This document shows, piece by piece, positions 7,795 to 18,877 of a stretch of 64,000 nt of DNA. Both the position numbers and the translations under genes were made by a program. Source of the DNA: Desulfosoma sp. Lineage in GTDB: Bacteria; Desulfobacterota; Syntrophobacteria; Syntrophobacterales; DSM-9756. The stretch lies in NCBI GenBank assembly GCA_037481835.1, contig JBBFKW010000006.1, positions 96,001-160,000 on the forward strand, given 5' to 3'. The notes under the pieces were generated by a model that saw nothing but the letters and a program-made list of their open reading frames with translations, ran no database searches and was not told where the DNA came from. Every line of letters begins with the position of its first letter. Positions within the stretch are counted from its first letter, which is position 1.

Positions 7795-9315
7795 ATGGGA
7801 GAGCGCATGGAACGAAGAAGCGGCGGGGGGAACATGGGCTTGGGAAAGCTATGGCGCGGTCTCAGGGCCGCTTTGCATAAGGGCGGGATGGGTGCCGTCC
7901 CCATGGGGAGGCGCCGGGGATGGGTCGCCGTGTTGATGTGCGTCCTCGTGGTCGCGGGGGCTTCAGGGGCGGCGGGGGCGGCGGGCCCCGACCCCAACCC
8001 GGCCCCGTCGGGTCGGATCCGGCTCACCGCGGGCACTTCGGCCACCATCCCCATCCCCGAAAAGACCCTCATCGGCCGGATCGCCGTGGCGGCTCCGGAA
8101 GTCGCCGACATCCCCCATTACCCCGAGGGGACGTTTCCGCCCGAACGGCACGTGTACATCACCGGCAAAGCCCCGGGGCTCACCACCTTGACCCTGTGGG
8201 ACGACAAGGACCGGATCTTCAAGGTCTATGAAATCGAAGTCGTCCCCGACGTGTCCCGGCTCCAGGCGGTGCTCAAGCAGCTCATGCCCGACGAAAAGGG
8301 GGTGAAGGTGACGGCCGTCCATGACGCCGTGGTGCTCACGGGAACCGTGTCGGGGCCGGCCCGCATGAGCCAGATCCTGGAACTGGCCGCATCCTACGCG
8401 CCGGGCAACAAGGTCATCAACCTCACCCAGGTCTCCGGCGTCCACCAGGTCATGCTGGAGGTGCGGGTGGCCGAAATGTCCACGAGCCTCATGCGGCGGC
8501 TGGGGTTCAATTTTGAATACCTGCGGGGCACGGACTTCGTCATCAGCCGTATCGGGAGCCTCATTAATGTGGATGACCAGAGGATCACCTTTTCGGATTC
8601 GGTGAGCGCCCTCTTCCGGTTCAACAAGGGCAACGCCACCTGGACGGGCTTCATCGACGCTTTGAAGGAAGAAGGGCTGGTGACGATCCTCGCCGAACCC
8701 AACCTCATCGCCCTGAGCGGCCAGACGGCGGATTTTCTCGCCGGCGGGGAATACCCCGTCCCGGTGCCCGACGATGAAGGGGACATCACCATCGAGTATA
8801 AAAAATACGGCGTGAGCCTGGGCTTCACCCCCACGGTGCTCCAGGACGATCTCATCAGCATGCGGGTGTCCCCGGAAGTTTCCGAACTGGATTTCGGCAA
8901 CGCCTTGTTGCTGGGAGGCTACGTGGTGCCGGCCCTGACCACGAGGCGGGCGACCACCGTGGTGGAGCTGCGAAGCGGGGAAAGTTTCGCCATTGCAGGG
9001 CTCATCAAGCAGAACGTGCGGGAAGCCGTCTCCCGGTTCCCCCTGTTGGGGGACATCCCCATCCTGGGGGCGCTCTTTCGAAGCAGCAGCTTCCAGAAGC
9101 AGGAAAGCGAACTCGTCATCATCGTCACGCCCCACTTGGTGAAGCCCATGAAGAGCCTGGCGCGCCAGCCCCTTCCCGTGGACCGGTTCACGGAGCCGAG
9201 CATGACGGAGTTTTTCCTCTTTGGGTTGCTCCAGGGGCAGAAGGGGCCGGAATCGGCGGCCGTGGGGCGGCCTCGGGGGTTGTTTGACGGGCCCTTCGGG
9301 CATGTGGTGCCGTGA
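7795..9315 (+). CDS. cpaC: Tad secretin CpaC/RcpA
   Basis: QVMLEVRVAEM, LAEPNLIALSGQTADFLAGGEYP, GDIPILGALFRS, ELVIIVTP; true start probably near 7888-7903. Confidence 0.93.
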   Translation: MGERMERRSGGGNMGLGKLWRGLRAALHKGGMGAVPMGRRRGWVAVLMCVLVVAGASGAAGAAGPDPNPAPSGRIRLTAGTSATIPIPEKTLIGRIAVAAPEVADIPHYPEGTFPPERHVYITGKAPGLTTLTLWDDKDRIFKVYEIEVVPDVSRLQAVLKQLMPDEKGVKVTAVHDAVVLTGTVSGPARMSQILELAASYAPGNKVINLTQVSGVHQVMLEVRVAEMSTSLMRRLGFNFEYLRGTDFVISRIGSLINVDDQRITFSDSVSALFRFNKGNATWTGFIDALKEEGLVTILAEPNLIALSGQTADFLAGGEYPVPVPDDEGDITIEYKKYGVSLGFTPTVLQDDLISMRVSPEVSELDFGNALLLGGYVVPALTTRRATTVVELRSGESFAIAGLIKQNVREAVSRFPLLGDIPILGALFRSSSFQKQESELVIIVTPHLVKPMKSLARQPLPVDRFTEPSMTEFFLFGLLQGQKGPESAAVGRPRGLFDGPFGHVVP

Positions 9316-9366
9316 GGGGGGGAGGCTTTCTTGACATGTTGGCTGATTGCCCCCTTGGCCCCTTAT

Positions 9367-9650
9367 CCCCCCCCCTCACCCCGGCCCTCTCCCCCAGAGG
9401 GGGAGAGGGAGGATTTAGTTTTCCCCAGAGGGGGAGAGGGAGGATTTAGTTTTCCCCGGAGGGGGAGAGGGGGGATTTAGTTTTCCCCGGAGGGGGAGAG
9501 GGGGGATTTAGTTTTCCCCAGAGGGGGAGAGGGGGGAGTGAATTTCCTTCGGACGGGGAGAGGGGGGAGGAACTCCCACGGAGGGGGCAGATGGGGGATG
9601 AACTCCTACGGAGGGGAAGAGGGGGTTAGGATTTGCCCGGAGGAGGGCGG
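9367..9650 (+). repeat. BoxC/PIT-like element followed by a 31-bp tandem array
   Basis: Anchor CCCCCTCACCCCGGCCCTCTCCCCCAGAGGGGGAGAGGG, then units CCCC(A/G)GAGGGGGAGAGGG(A/G)GGATTTAGTTTT at 9392, 9423, 9454 and onward, degenerating distally. Confidence 0.9.
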
Positions 9651-9705
9651 CTTGACTGGGAGAGGCAGCGGTTGAATTTACCCGCGGGGCAGGAGGGACG
9701 CTCAG

Positions 9706-9870
9706 CCCCCCCTCACCCCGGCCCTCTCCCCCACAGGGGGAGAGGGGGCATTTAATTTTCCCCAGAGGGGGAGAGGGGGGATTTAGTTTTCCCCGGAGGG
9801 GATAAGGAGGATTTAGTTTTGCCCGGAGGGGGAGAGGGAGGGTTTAGTTTTCCCCGGAGGGGAGGGGCCC
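9706..9870 (+). repeat. Second BoxC/PIT-like element with a related ~30-31-bp array
   Basis: Same anchor and the same ATTTAGTTTT-containing unit, about 4 copies. Confidence 0.85.
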
Positions 9871-10004
9871 TGGGATAAAGCCCCATCACGGGCAGCCCGT
9901 GACAACGAAGGATGAAAGTTTCATGGTTGCGGTGTGTTACCGAGCCTTTCACATAAAGGTTAAAGAAGCGGCAGGGACGGACCGATGGATAGGGTGAGGA
10001 GAAG

Positions 10005-10295
10005 ATGATGGGACGGATGGCGGCTGTGGTGGTCGTGGTGGCGGTGATCCTGGGGGCGTGGGCGGGGTCGAGCCCGGCCGAACCCGGGGACAATCAGGCG
10101 GTGGGCCAACAGTTCGGGGATGCGGTGGCCGTGGCCAAGGCGGTGCAAATCGTGCGGCCGGAACAGCCCCGCAAGGAGACGGGCCCTCCGGGCATCGCAG
10201 GCAAGAACGCCGACGCCGCCATGGAAAAGTACTACGAGAGTTTCCGCAAAACCGCTCCGGCGCCGTCCACGGTGAACATTTCCATCGGTCGATGA
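10005..10295 (+). CDS. Small exported Tad-locus accessory protein
   Basis: GAGGAG RBS, signal-like N-terminus, FGDAV..AKAVQI..GIAGKNADAAMEKYYESF. Confidence 0.65.
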   Translation: MMGRMAAVVVVVAVILGAWAGSSPAEPGDNQAVGQQFGDAVAVAKAVQIVRPEQPRKETGPPGIAGKNADAAMEKYYESFRKTAPAPSTVNISIGR

Positions 10296-10337
10296 GCGCC
10301 CCCTGACGGGCCGCGCCCGACAACATCGAGGATCCCC

Positions 10338-11486
10338 ATGGAAGCTGAGGTGATTTCCGTTCAGATCCAGGTGCAGAATCGAGAAGCCCGCCGGGTTTTG
10401 GAAGAGACGGTGGCGGCCACGGAAGGGTTCAAGCTCTACCGGGAAGGCCAGGCGGTCGCCACCGACGTGCTCATCATGGAAATCGGTCCAGAGCCCGATC
10501 GCGACTTCGATTTCATCCATACCCTCCTGGAGGCGGGAACGGTGGGCGCCGTCTTCCTCACCTCCGCCGAAACCGACCCGGCGCTCCTCATGCGGGCCAT
10601 CCGCGCAGGAGCCCGAGAGTTTTTCCCGCAGCCCATCGACCCTCAGGAGGTGCGCCAGTCGCTCCTGCGCTTCAAGGCCCAGCGCCAAAAGCTCATGAAC
10701 CACGGCCAGCGTCGCAAAGGCGTCATCCTGCACGTCATGGGCGCCAAGGGCGGTGTGGGGACGACCACCCTGGCCGTGAACCTGGCCACCATCCTCGCCC
10801 GCGGCGCCGAACCCAACGCGGTCGCGCTCATGGACATGAATTTCCTCTTCGGGGAGGCGGCCGTCTTCCTGGATGCGGAAACCACCTTTCACTGGGGGAA
10901 AATCACCAAGAACATCTCCCGGTTGGACGCCACGCTGCTCATGAGCGTCCTCACCCAGCATCCGTCCGGCGTGGCCCTGCTTCCGCCGCCGGCCCAGTTG
11001 GACGGCTACAGCGGCGTGACCCGTGACGTCCTCCGCCGGCTCCTCACCCTCATGCGCACCATGTTCGACTACATCGTCGTGGACGGCGGCCAGCTCGTCA
11101 ACGACGTCAACATGCAGATCCTGGAAATGGCCGACGAGATCCTCGTGGTGGCCATCCTGAGCCTGCCGTGCCTGGCCAATGTGCGGCGGCTCCTGAAACT
11201 TTTCCACGACACGGGGATCGAAGAAAGTCGCGTGAAAGTCGTCGTCAACCGATTCCTGAAAAACGCCGATATCAGTCTCGAGGACGCGGAAAAAAGTATC
11301 GGGAAACGGGTTTTCGCAACCGTGCCCAACGACTTCCGAACGACCACGACGGCCATCAACCGGGGAAAGCCCCTCATTGAACTCGCCCCCAAAAAACCCG
11401 TCACGGAAGCCGTGGTGAACCTCGCCGCGTCCCTGGCCCAGGTGGAACCGCCCAAGCGGCGGGGTTTTTTCGGATTTCGGTTTTGA
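10338..11486 (+). CDS. cpaE: CpaE/TadZ (pseudo-receiver plus MinD-like ATPase)
   Basis: LMRAIRAGAREFF; deviant P-loop GAKGGVGTTTLAVNLA; C-terminal amphipathic RRGFFGFRF. Confidence 0.9.
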   Translation: MEAEVISVQIQVQNREARRVLEETVAATEGFKLYREGQAVATDVLIMEIGPEPDRDFDFIHTLLEAGTVGAVFLTSAETDPALLMRAIRAGAREFFPQPIDPQEVRQSLLRFKAQRQKLMNHGQRRKGVILHVMGAKGGVGTTTLAVNLATILARGAEPNAVALMDMNFLFGEAAVFLDAETTFHWGKITKNISRLDATLLMSVLTQHPSGVALLPPPAQLDGYSGVTRDVLRRLLTLMRTMFDYIVVDGGQLVNDVNMQILEMADEILVVAILSLPCLANVRRLLKLFHDTGIEESRVKVVVNRFLKNADISLEDAEKSIGKRVFATVPNDFRTTTTAINRGKPLIELAPKKPVTEAVVNLAASLAQVEPPKRRGFFGFRF

Positions 11487-11516
11487 ATCGAAATGTTTTG
11501 AGAAAGGACACAACCC

Positions 11517-12860
<1,344 letters not shown>

Positions 12861-12891
12861 GGACAGGTTCTGTGCTTAAGGAATCGCCTTT

Positions 12892-13869
12892 ATGAGCACC
12901 TATGTGTACATCGGCGCGGCGGTCTTCGTGCTCGTCGTCGTCGTCATCGAACTGATCGCCTACGCCCTGGCCCTTTACAAGAACCCGGAACGGGGCCGGG
13001 TGCGCCGGCGCCTGAAGGTGGTGGCGATCGACGACGCGGATTCCACGGCTCCGGTGACGAGCTTGCTGAAAACCAGGGTGTTGAGCGAAATTCCGTGGCT
13101 CAACCGCATCCTCACCCGCATCCCGGGGCTGCAGAAACTGGACGCCCTCCTGGAGCAGGCGGACATCCGGCAACCCTTGGGGTTTTTCGTGCTCTTGACC
13201 TTCCTGTGCGCGGCCCTGGGCTTCCTCGTGGGGCTGCTCTTTTTCAAGGGGCGCCTTGTTCCGTGGCTTTTGGGCGGTTTGGCGCTGGTCGGGCCGTACC
13301 TTTACATCCTCATCAAGCGGGAACGGCGCATGGCCGCCTTCGAACGGCAGTTTCCCGACGCTTTGGACCTCATGGCCCGGGCCCTCAAGGCCGGCCATTC
13401 CCTGAACACGTCGTTCAAGCTCGTCGCCGACGAGTTCGACGAGCCCATCGGGCGGGAATTTGAAAAGGTCTTCGACGAGGTGAACTTCGGCGTGGGTTTG
13501 GCCGAAGCTTTGAATCGGCTGCGGGAGCGCATCATCAACCCCGATTTGGACTTTTTCGTGGTGGCCGTGGTGTTACAGCGGGAAACGGGCGGCAATCTCG
13601 CCGAAATCATCGAAAACATCGCCCGGCTCATCCGGGAGCGGTTCAAGCTCCGGGGGCAGATCAAGGCCCTGGCCGCCGAAGGGAAACTGTCGGCTCTGGT
13701 CCTGGTGCTTTTGCCCTTTTTCATGTTCCTGATCCTGCGCATCGTGAACCCCAAGTACGTGGGGCTCCTTTTTTCCGACCCCATTGGGCGGCCCATGGTC
13801 GCCGGCGCCTTGGTTCTCATGGTCCTGGGCGTCATTGTCATGAAGCGCATGATCGATATCCGCGTGTAG
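12892..13869 (+). CDS. tadB: TadB inner-membrane platform protein
   Basis: FERQFPDALDLMARALKAGHS, QRETGGNLAE, AEGKLSA. Confidence 0.93.
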   Translation: MSTYVYIGAAVFVLVVVVIELIAYALALYKNPERGRVRRRLKVVAIDDADSTAPVTSLLKTRVLSEIPWLNRILTRIPGLQKLDALLEQADIRQPLGFFVLLTFLCAALGFLVGLLFFKGRLVPWLLGGLALVGPYLYILIKRERRMAAFERQFPDALDLMARALKAGHSLNTSFKLVADEFDEPIGREFEKVFDEVNFGVGLAEALNRLRERIINPDLDFFVVAVVLQRETGGNLAEIIENIARLIRERFKLRGQIKALAAEGKLSALVLVLLPFFMFLILRIVNPKYVGLLFSDPIGRPMVAGALVLMVLGVIVMKRMIDIRV

Positions 13870-13882
13870 CGAGGCCGGAGGC

Positions 13883-14863
13883 ATGCCCACGCCGAACGTT
13901 GAGGTTCTCCCATTGGTCGCCGCCGGCGCCGTCTTTCTTTTCGTCATCCTCGCCTACCTGGGTCTTTCCGCCCTGGCGGGCGCCCGGGCCGAACGCCGCC
14001 GTTTCATCGAAAAGGTGAAGGCGGGGTCGGGCTACGAGGACGAAGGGGATGAGGGCGAAGCGGAAATGCCTTCTCTCATGCGGGAACAGAAGGGCCTGGG
14101 GGCGGCGGTGGCCCGGCTCGGCGATGTGGTGGCGCCGTCGGCCCGCATGGACACCCCCACCCGGAGAAAGTTTCTCCAGGCCGGGTTTCGCAGCGAAACC
14201 GCCGTGGCCGTTTACTGGGGCATGAGGGTCCTGCTCGCGGTGGCCTTGTGCCTGGGGTTTCTCGCCCTTCGCGTGGCGGTCTTCAAGCTCATGCCTGCCG
14301 CATGGACGACGGTGATCGCCGTGCTCGCAGCGCTGGTCGGGTTCTATCTTCCGACGTTGTGGCTGGCGCTGCGCATCGCCTGGCGCCGGGAAAGGATCCA
14401 CCGGGGCCTTCCCGATGCGTTGGATCTCTTGGTGGTGTGCGTCGAAGCGGGCTTGGGCCTCGATGCCGCCCTGGCGCGGGTCGGGGACGAACTGGCCCTG
14501 ACCAACAAGGTCTTGAGCGACGAATTCAAGCTCTACGGGCTGGAACTGCGGGCGGGGAAACCCCGGCGGGAAGCGTTGAGGAACCTCAGTCTCCGAACGG
14601 ATCTTCCCGACATGAAGAGCCTCGTCACGCTCCTTATCCAGACGGACAAATTCGGGACGAGCGTGGCCCAAACTTTGAGGGTCTATGCGGATTCCATCCG
14701 CACCACGAGGCGGCAGAAGGCCGAGGAGATGGCGGCGAAGATCCCGGTGAAGCTCGTCTTCCCGCTGATACTTTTCATTCTGCCCGCTTTGTTCGTGGTC
14801 TTGGCGGGCCCGGCGGCTATCAGCATCTTCCGGGCCCTCATGCACGTTGCCGGCGGCCGCTGA
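13883..14863 (+). CDS. tadC: TadC inner-membrane platform protein
   Basis: LPDALDLLVVCVEAGLGLD, QTDKFGTS, AEEMAAKIPVKLVFPL. Confidence 0.93.
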   Translation: MPTPNVEVLPLVAAGAVFLFVILAYLGLSALAGARAERRRFIEKVKAGSGYEDEGDEGEAEMPSLMREQKGLGAAVARLGDVVAPSARMDTPTRRKFLQAGFRSETAVAVYWGMRVLLAVALCLGFLALRVAVFKLMPAAWTTVIAVLAALVGFYLPTLWLALRIAWRRERIHRGLPDALDLLVVCVEAGLGLDAALARVGDELALTNKVLSDEFKLYGLELRAGKPRREALRNLSLRTDLPDMKSLVTLLIQTDKFGTSVAQTLRVYADSIRTTRRQKAEEMAAKIPVKLVFPLILFILPALFVVLAGPAAISIFRALMHVAGGR

Positions 14864-14919
14864 CGGAGGGCCCCGGCTCTGCAGGAGCCGGCATGCGGCC
14901 ACCGCCGCCGCCCCGCCGG

Positions 14920-15309
14920 TTTCCCCCCTCTCCCCCTTGAGGGGGTGGAGATCAAGCTTTCCCCTCTCCCCCTTAGCGGAGAGGCCATCGCTTTTCCCCT
15001 CTCCCCCTTGATGGAGAGGAGATCATCGTTTTTGCCCTCTTCCCCTCGAGGGGGTGGAGATCAAGCTTTCCCCTCTCCCCCTTTTGGGGAAGAGGCCATC
15101 GTTTTTTCCCCTCTCCCCCTTTAGGGGGAGAAATCAAGCTTTCCCCTCTCCCCCTTTAGGGGGAGAGGGCAGGGTGAGGGGGCAAGATCCTAAATTTTCC
15201 CCCTCTCCCTGGGGGGACGAGACCTTACTTCTTGCTCTCCCCCTTGATGGGGAAGAGGCCATCGTTTTTCCCCTCTCCCCCTTTAGGGGGAGAGGGCAGG
15301 GTGAGGGGG
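14920..15309 (-). repeat. Two BoxC/PIT-like elements with a ~35-38-bp tandem array
   Basis: Anchors CCCTCTCCCCCTTTAGGGGGAGAGGGCAGGGTGAGGGG at about 15144-15182 and 15271-15309; units TTTCCCCTCTCCCCCTT..GG..GAG(ATCAAGC/GCCATCG). Confidence 0.88.
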
Positions 15310-15319
15310 TGAACCACCC

Positions 15320-16627
15320 ATGCCGTATTTTCCACCGACCATATCCCCGACGGGCGCCCCGCCCCGCCGCCGTGCGCCCATGGGATGCACGGCCCCCGCA
15401 GCGCTCAGCACCGCGCCGTTCCCGGTCCGATCTCCCGATCCGCGGGCGTCCCGTCTCCACACCGCGCCGGCCCAGGCCTTGCTGTCCCGCCTCGGCCTCA
15501 TCCCCCGCCGGTCGGGAATGCTCCTTTTTTCCCTGGCGTTGGCCGCCCTGCTCTCCGGCTGCGCCACATCCGGAAACCCTCTCGCGCGCCGCTCCGAGGG
15601 CCTTGCGGCATACAAGGAGATCGTCGCCTACCACCAGAAAAAGAGCCAGGCCGAAGCCCAACCCGTCAAATCCGAAGAGGTGGATCACGAACGGTTGGGC
15701 GACGTCTATTTCGCCCAGGGCAACCTGGACCTGGCCTTCCTCCATTACGACAAGGTGCTTCGGGCTCACCCGGAAAGATTGGACATCCGCTGCAAGAAGG
15801 GCCTGGTCTATTACGCCCGCGGACTCCACCAGGAGGCGCTGGCGGAATTCCAGGAAGTCCTGAAGGCACAGCCCGACCATGGGCTGGCCAACGAAGGGGC
15901 GGGCCAGGTTTACCTCAAACTGCAAAACCATGACGCCGCCGAACGGCACCTCAAGGCGGCTCTGGCCGCCGACCCCAAGTTGTGGAAAAGCCACATGCTC
16001 CTGGGAATCCTGGCCAATCTGAAAAACCGCCCCAAGGAGGCCGCGGAATCCTTCAAGGAGGCCCTGGCCCTGAACCCCACGGCCCATTTCATCCACAACA
16101 ACTTGGGGGTCGCCTACATGCTGGCGGGCGATTACGACAAGGCGACGGCGGAGTTTCGAAAGGCTCTGGTGGATGAAGGATCCCAGAAGACCGCCCTGAA
16201 CAACATGGGCATCGCCCTGTTCCGCTTGGGGCGCCGTGCGGAAGCCCTGGACGCTTTCATTGCGGCGGGAACGGAAGCTTCCGGGTACAACAACCTGGGC
16301 GTCCTTTTCTGGGAAGAGGGCAACGTGGAAGAAGCCGTGCACTGCTTTGAAAAGGCCGTGGAACTGGATCCGGGATCCTTCACCAAGGCGGGGACCAACC
16401 TGCGCACCGCCCGGCTGCAGCTGAACCCGGCGGCGCCTTCCGCGGCGGAACCGCCGGAGACGCCCGCGCCCGCCGCCTCGGGAAAAGCCAAGGCGGCGCC
16501 CAGGGCCCGCTCCAGGGTCGAAGCCGCGGGCCCCGTCATCCGGCCCGTCCATATCGAAGAAAAGCCCCTGCCGCAGCCCGCAGCGGGCGTTTCGGTGCAG
16601 GAGCCATCCCGGGGCTCTTCGGACTAA
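15320..16627 (+). CDS. tadD: TPR lipoprotein, TadD-like pilotin
   Basis: Lipobox LLSG|C, multiple TPRs (HNNLGVAY, NNMGIAL, YNNLGVL), Pro/Ala-rich tail; real start probably near 15479-15518. Confidence 0.8.
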   Translation: MPYFPPTISPTGAPPRRRAPMGCTAPAALSTAPFPVRSPDPRASRLHTAPAQALLSRLGLIPRRSGMLLFSLALAALLSGCATSGNPLARRSEGLAAYKEIVAYHQKKSQAEAQPVKSEEVDHERLGDVYFAQGNLDLAFLHYDKVLRAHPERLDIRCKKGLVYYARGLHQEALAEFQEVLKAQPDHGLANEGAGQVYLKLQNHDAAERHLKAALAADPKLWKSHMLLGILANLKNRPKEAAESFKEALALNPTAHFIHNNLGVAYMLAGDYDKATAEFRKALVDEGSQKTALNNMGIALFRLGRRAEALDAFIAAGTEASGYNNLGVLFWEEGNVEEAVHCFEKAVELDPGSFTKAGTNLRTARLQLNPAAPSAAEPPETPAPAASGKAKAAPRARSRVEAAGPVIRPVHIEEKPLPQPAAGVSVQEPSRGSSD

Positions 16628-16761
16628 CCCCGGCGGCAGGCGCCGCCTTGCCGCCTCCCGGCGCCGGACGGGGCCTACCCGAGAGCCATGATCGTTCGGG
16701 GGAAAGACTCGGGTGAGGCGGCACCGGCCTCACCTGAAAAGGCAACGTCACAGGCATCGCT

Positions 16762-16799
16762 CCCTCTTCCCCTTTGGGGGAGAGGGCTGGGGTGAGGAG
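16762..16799 (-). repeat. Single BoxC/PIT-like element overlapping the tadE RBS
   Basis: CCCTCTTCCCCTTTGGGGGAGAGGGCTGGGGTGAGGAG. Confidence 0.75.
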
Positions 16800-16808
16800 G
16801 TCAAAGAC

Positions 16809-17297
16809 ATGGAACGGCAGCCCAGGTTCATCACCATGAAACCCGGCCCCGCTTTCCTTCGCCGCCGCGACGGCGCCTCAGCCGTGGAATTCGCCATCGT
16901 GCTTCCGCTTCTGCTCATTCTCGTTTTTGGGATCATCGAATTCAGCATCGCCCTCTACGACAAGGCGGTCATCACCAACGCCAGCCGGGAAGGCGCCCGC
17001 GCCGGCATCTTATGGGACATCAACCCTAGAACTCTGCAGAGCATCACGAATATTGTCACCGCGCGGGTCAATGACTACTGCTCAGGACGGTTGATCACCT
17101 TCGGGTCCAGCAATACGGCGACGATTCAAGTCAGCATCGATCAAACGGCAGGCGGCGACCCTTCGAAAATCGACTCCGGGGATCTTCTGACGGTGACCGT
17201 CGACTACAATTACGGCTTCCTTGTCATTCCCAATTTCATCACCTCTATCACCGGCCCGCTGCAGCTTAGGGCGACAACAATTATGCGGCTGGAATGA
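16809..17297 (+). CDS. tadE: TadE pseudopilin
   Basis: RRRDG|ASAVEFAIVLPLLLILVFGIIEF..ITNASREGAR. Confidence 0.92.
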   Translation: MERQPRFITMKPGPAFLRRRDGASAVEFAIVLPLLLILVFGIIEFSIALYDKAVITNASREGARAGILWDINPRTLQSITNIVTARVNDYCSGRLITFGSSNTATIQVSIDQTAGGDPSKIDSGDLLTVTVDYNYGFLVIPNFITSITGPLQLRATTIMRLE

Positions 17298-17311
17298 GGG
17301 GGGAGGTTCCC

Positions 17312-18580
17312 ATGAATGACGACAGACGACATTTCGAGGAATATCGAGCCGGGACGGGCAGCGTGGCCGTCATCGTTGCCGTCTGCATCGCCATGCTCAT
17401 CGGTTTCGGCGCCCTGGCGGTGGATATCGGGCATCTTTTCATGGCCAAGAACGAACTCCAAAACGCCGCCGACGCGGGAGCCCTCGCCGGGGCCCGAGTT
17501 TTGTACAATGACAACGGGACGATCAACGCCGGTGCCAATCAAGTCGCCTATGACACAGCGACGGCCAACAAGAGTGAAAAACAGCCGGTCGAAGTCATCG
17601 CCGGATTGGATAGCAATACGGGTGACATCCAAAGAGGACATTGGAACCCACTGACACGGACATTCACCCCTAATGCCTCATTGGACCCCCCGGATCTTTC
17701 CGATCGAACAGACGAAGAGATTCACAACGATGTCAACGTCATTGATGCCGTGCGCGTCCGAACCCGCCGGGAGGCCACCCCAATCGTGGCCTTTCTCGCC
17801 CGAATCTTTGGCTACGAAGGGTTCACGTTGAGCGCGGAAGCCGTTGCCTGGTGCGGGCCTCCCGGACCTTTGCCGGCTGAGTCCGTAAATCAAATCATAG
17901 CCATCTGCGCGCAGAGCATCAAAGTTAACGATCGATACAGTTGCAATATCGGCCGAATGATCAACAGCGGATCCCAACAGAGCTCACACAATACCGCCGG
18001 ATGGACGGATTTCCTGCAAAACGAAGAATGTAACGGTGTGAACGCAAATGATTTGAAAGCCCTGCTTCAGGGGTGTAAACCGACAAACAAGACTCCCATT
18101 TATCTAGGCAAGGACATGGAAACGGGTGGTGGTGCCGACGCGAGCGTCTTCAAAGCTTTCCGAGACTGCTGGATCGCGGCGAGCGATAACAGAACGAAGC
18201 CTTGGAAATTGGCTCTTCCGGTGATCGATTGTCCGAGCAACAACGTCGCTAATTGCTCGGAAGTGAGGGGAGCCGTTTACGTGGACGTGGTTTGGGTTAC
18301 AGACGTCGGAGAAGACCCAAAGTACAAAGACGCGCCCAGAAAAATGGCCGGAGTTCCCCCTTATTATTCCGCCTTTGACAACTCTACAGTAGAGGACGGC
18401 AAGACTCGTTGGAACAACTTCGTGAACCACTTTGACTTGAAAAATGTGGATAATCAACCGGCACCCTACGACAAGATGTCCATCTACTTCCTTCCCGACT
18501 GTACCGTCAATGAACCCATCGGGGGCACAGGAACGGAGTACTTCGGAGTTAAGGCGAAGATCCCTGTGCTCGTAAAATGA
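17312..18580 (+). CDS. tadG: TadG-like tip pseudopilin/adhesin
   Basis: G|SVAVIVAVCIAMLIGFGALAVDIG..ELQNAADAGALAGA; Cys-rich C-terminal region. Confidence 0.85.
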   Translation: MNDDRRHFEEYRAGTGSVAVIVAVCIAMLIGFGALAVDIGHLFMAKNELQNAADAGALAGARVLYNDNGTINAGANQVAYDTATANKSEKQPVEVIAGLDSNTGDIQRGHWNPLTRTFTPNASLDPPDLSDRTDEEIHNDVNVIDAVRVRTRREATPIVAFLARIFGYEGFTLSAEAVAWCGPPGPLPAESVNQIIAICAQSIKVNDRYSCNIGRMINSGSQQSSHNTAGWTDFLQNEECNGVNANDLKALLQGCKPTNKTPIYLGKDMETGGGADASVFKAFRDCWIAASDNRTKPWKLALPVIDCPSNNVANCSEVRGAVYVDVVWVTDVGEDPKYKDAPRKMAGVPPYYSAFDNSTVEDGKTRWNNFVNHFDLKNVDNQPAPYDKMSIYFLPDCTVNEPIGGTGTEYFGVKAKIPVLVK

Positions 18581-18604
18581 AGACTAAGACTTCATGGCGT
18601 ATCG

Positions 18605-18633
18605 AAGCCCGGGACGCGCCCCCGGGCTTTTTT
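18605..18633 (+). terminator. Intrinsic terminator of the tad operon
   Basis: AAGCCCGGG-ACGCGCC-CCCGGGC followed by TTTTTT, 25 bp after the tadG stop. Confidence 0.75.
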
Positions 18634-18877
18634 GGGCTCCCGGCCGTGGCCGGCAATCTTGTCGACCTCGGAGGAGAGCGGCGGGCGTGGTTTGCGAAAC
18701 GCCCGAGGGCTGCAAAGTTTTCAGCCGGCGCCAAGGCCGCCCGCTTCTTCCATGAGAACGATCTTGACGGGTTTCGCGCATTTTTCACGGGCCCTCCTTT
18801 GACCCGCCGTATAAGAGCACTTGGGAGCAAGGCCGGACGAGACGAGGCGGTGCTTGGGAAGTCGTTTGCCGTTTCGC

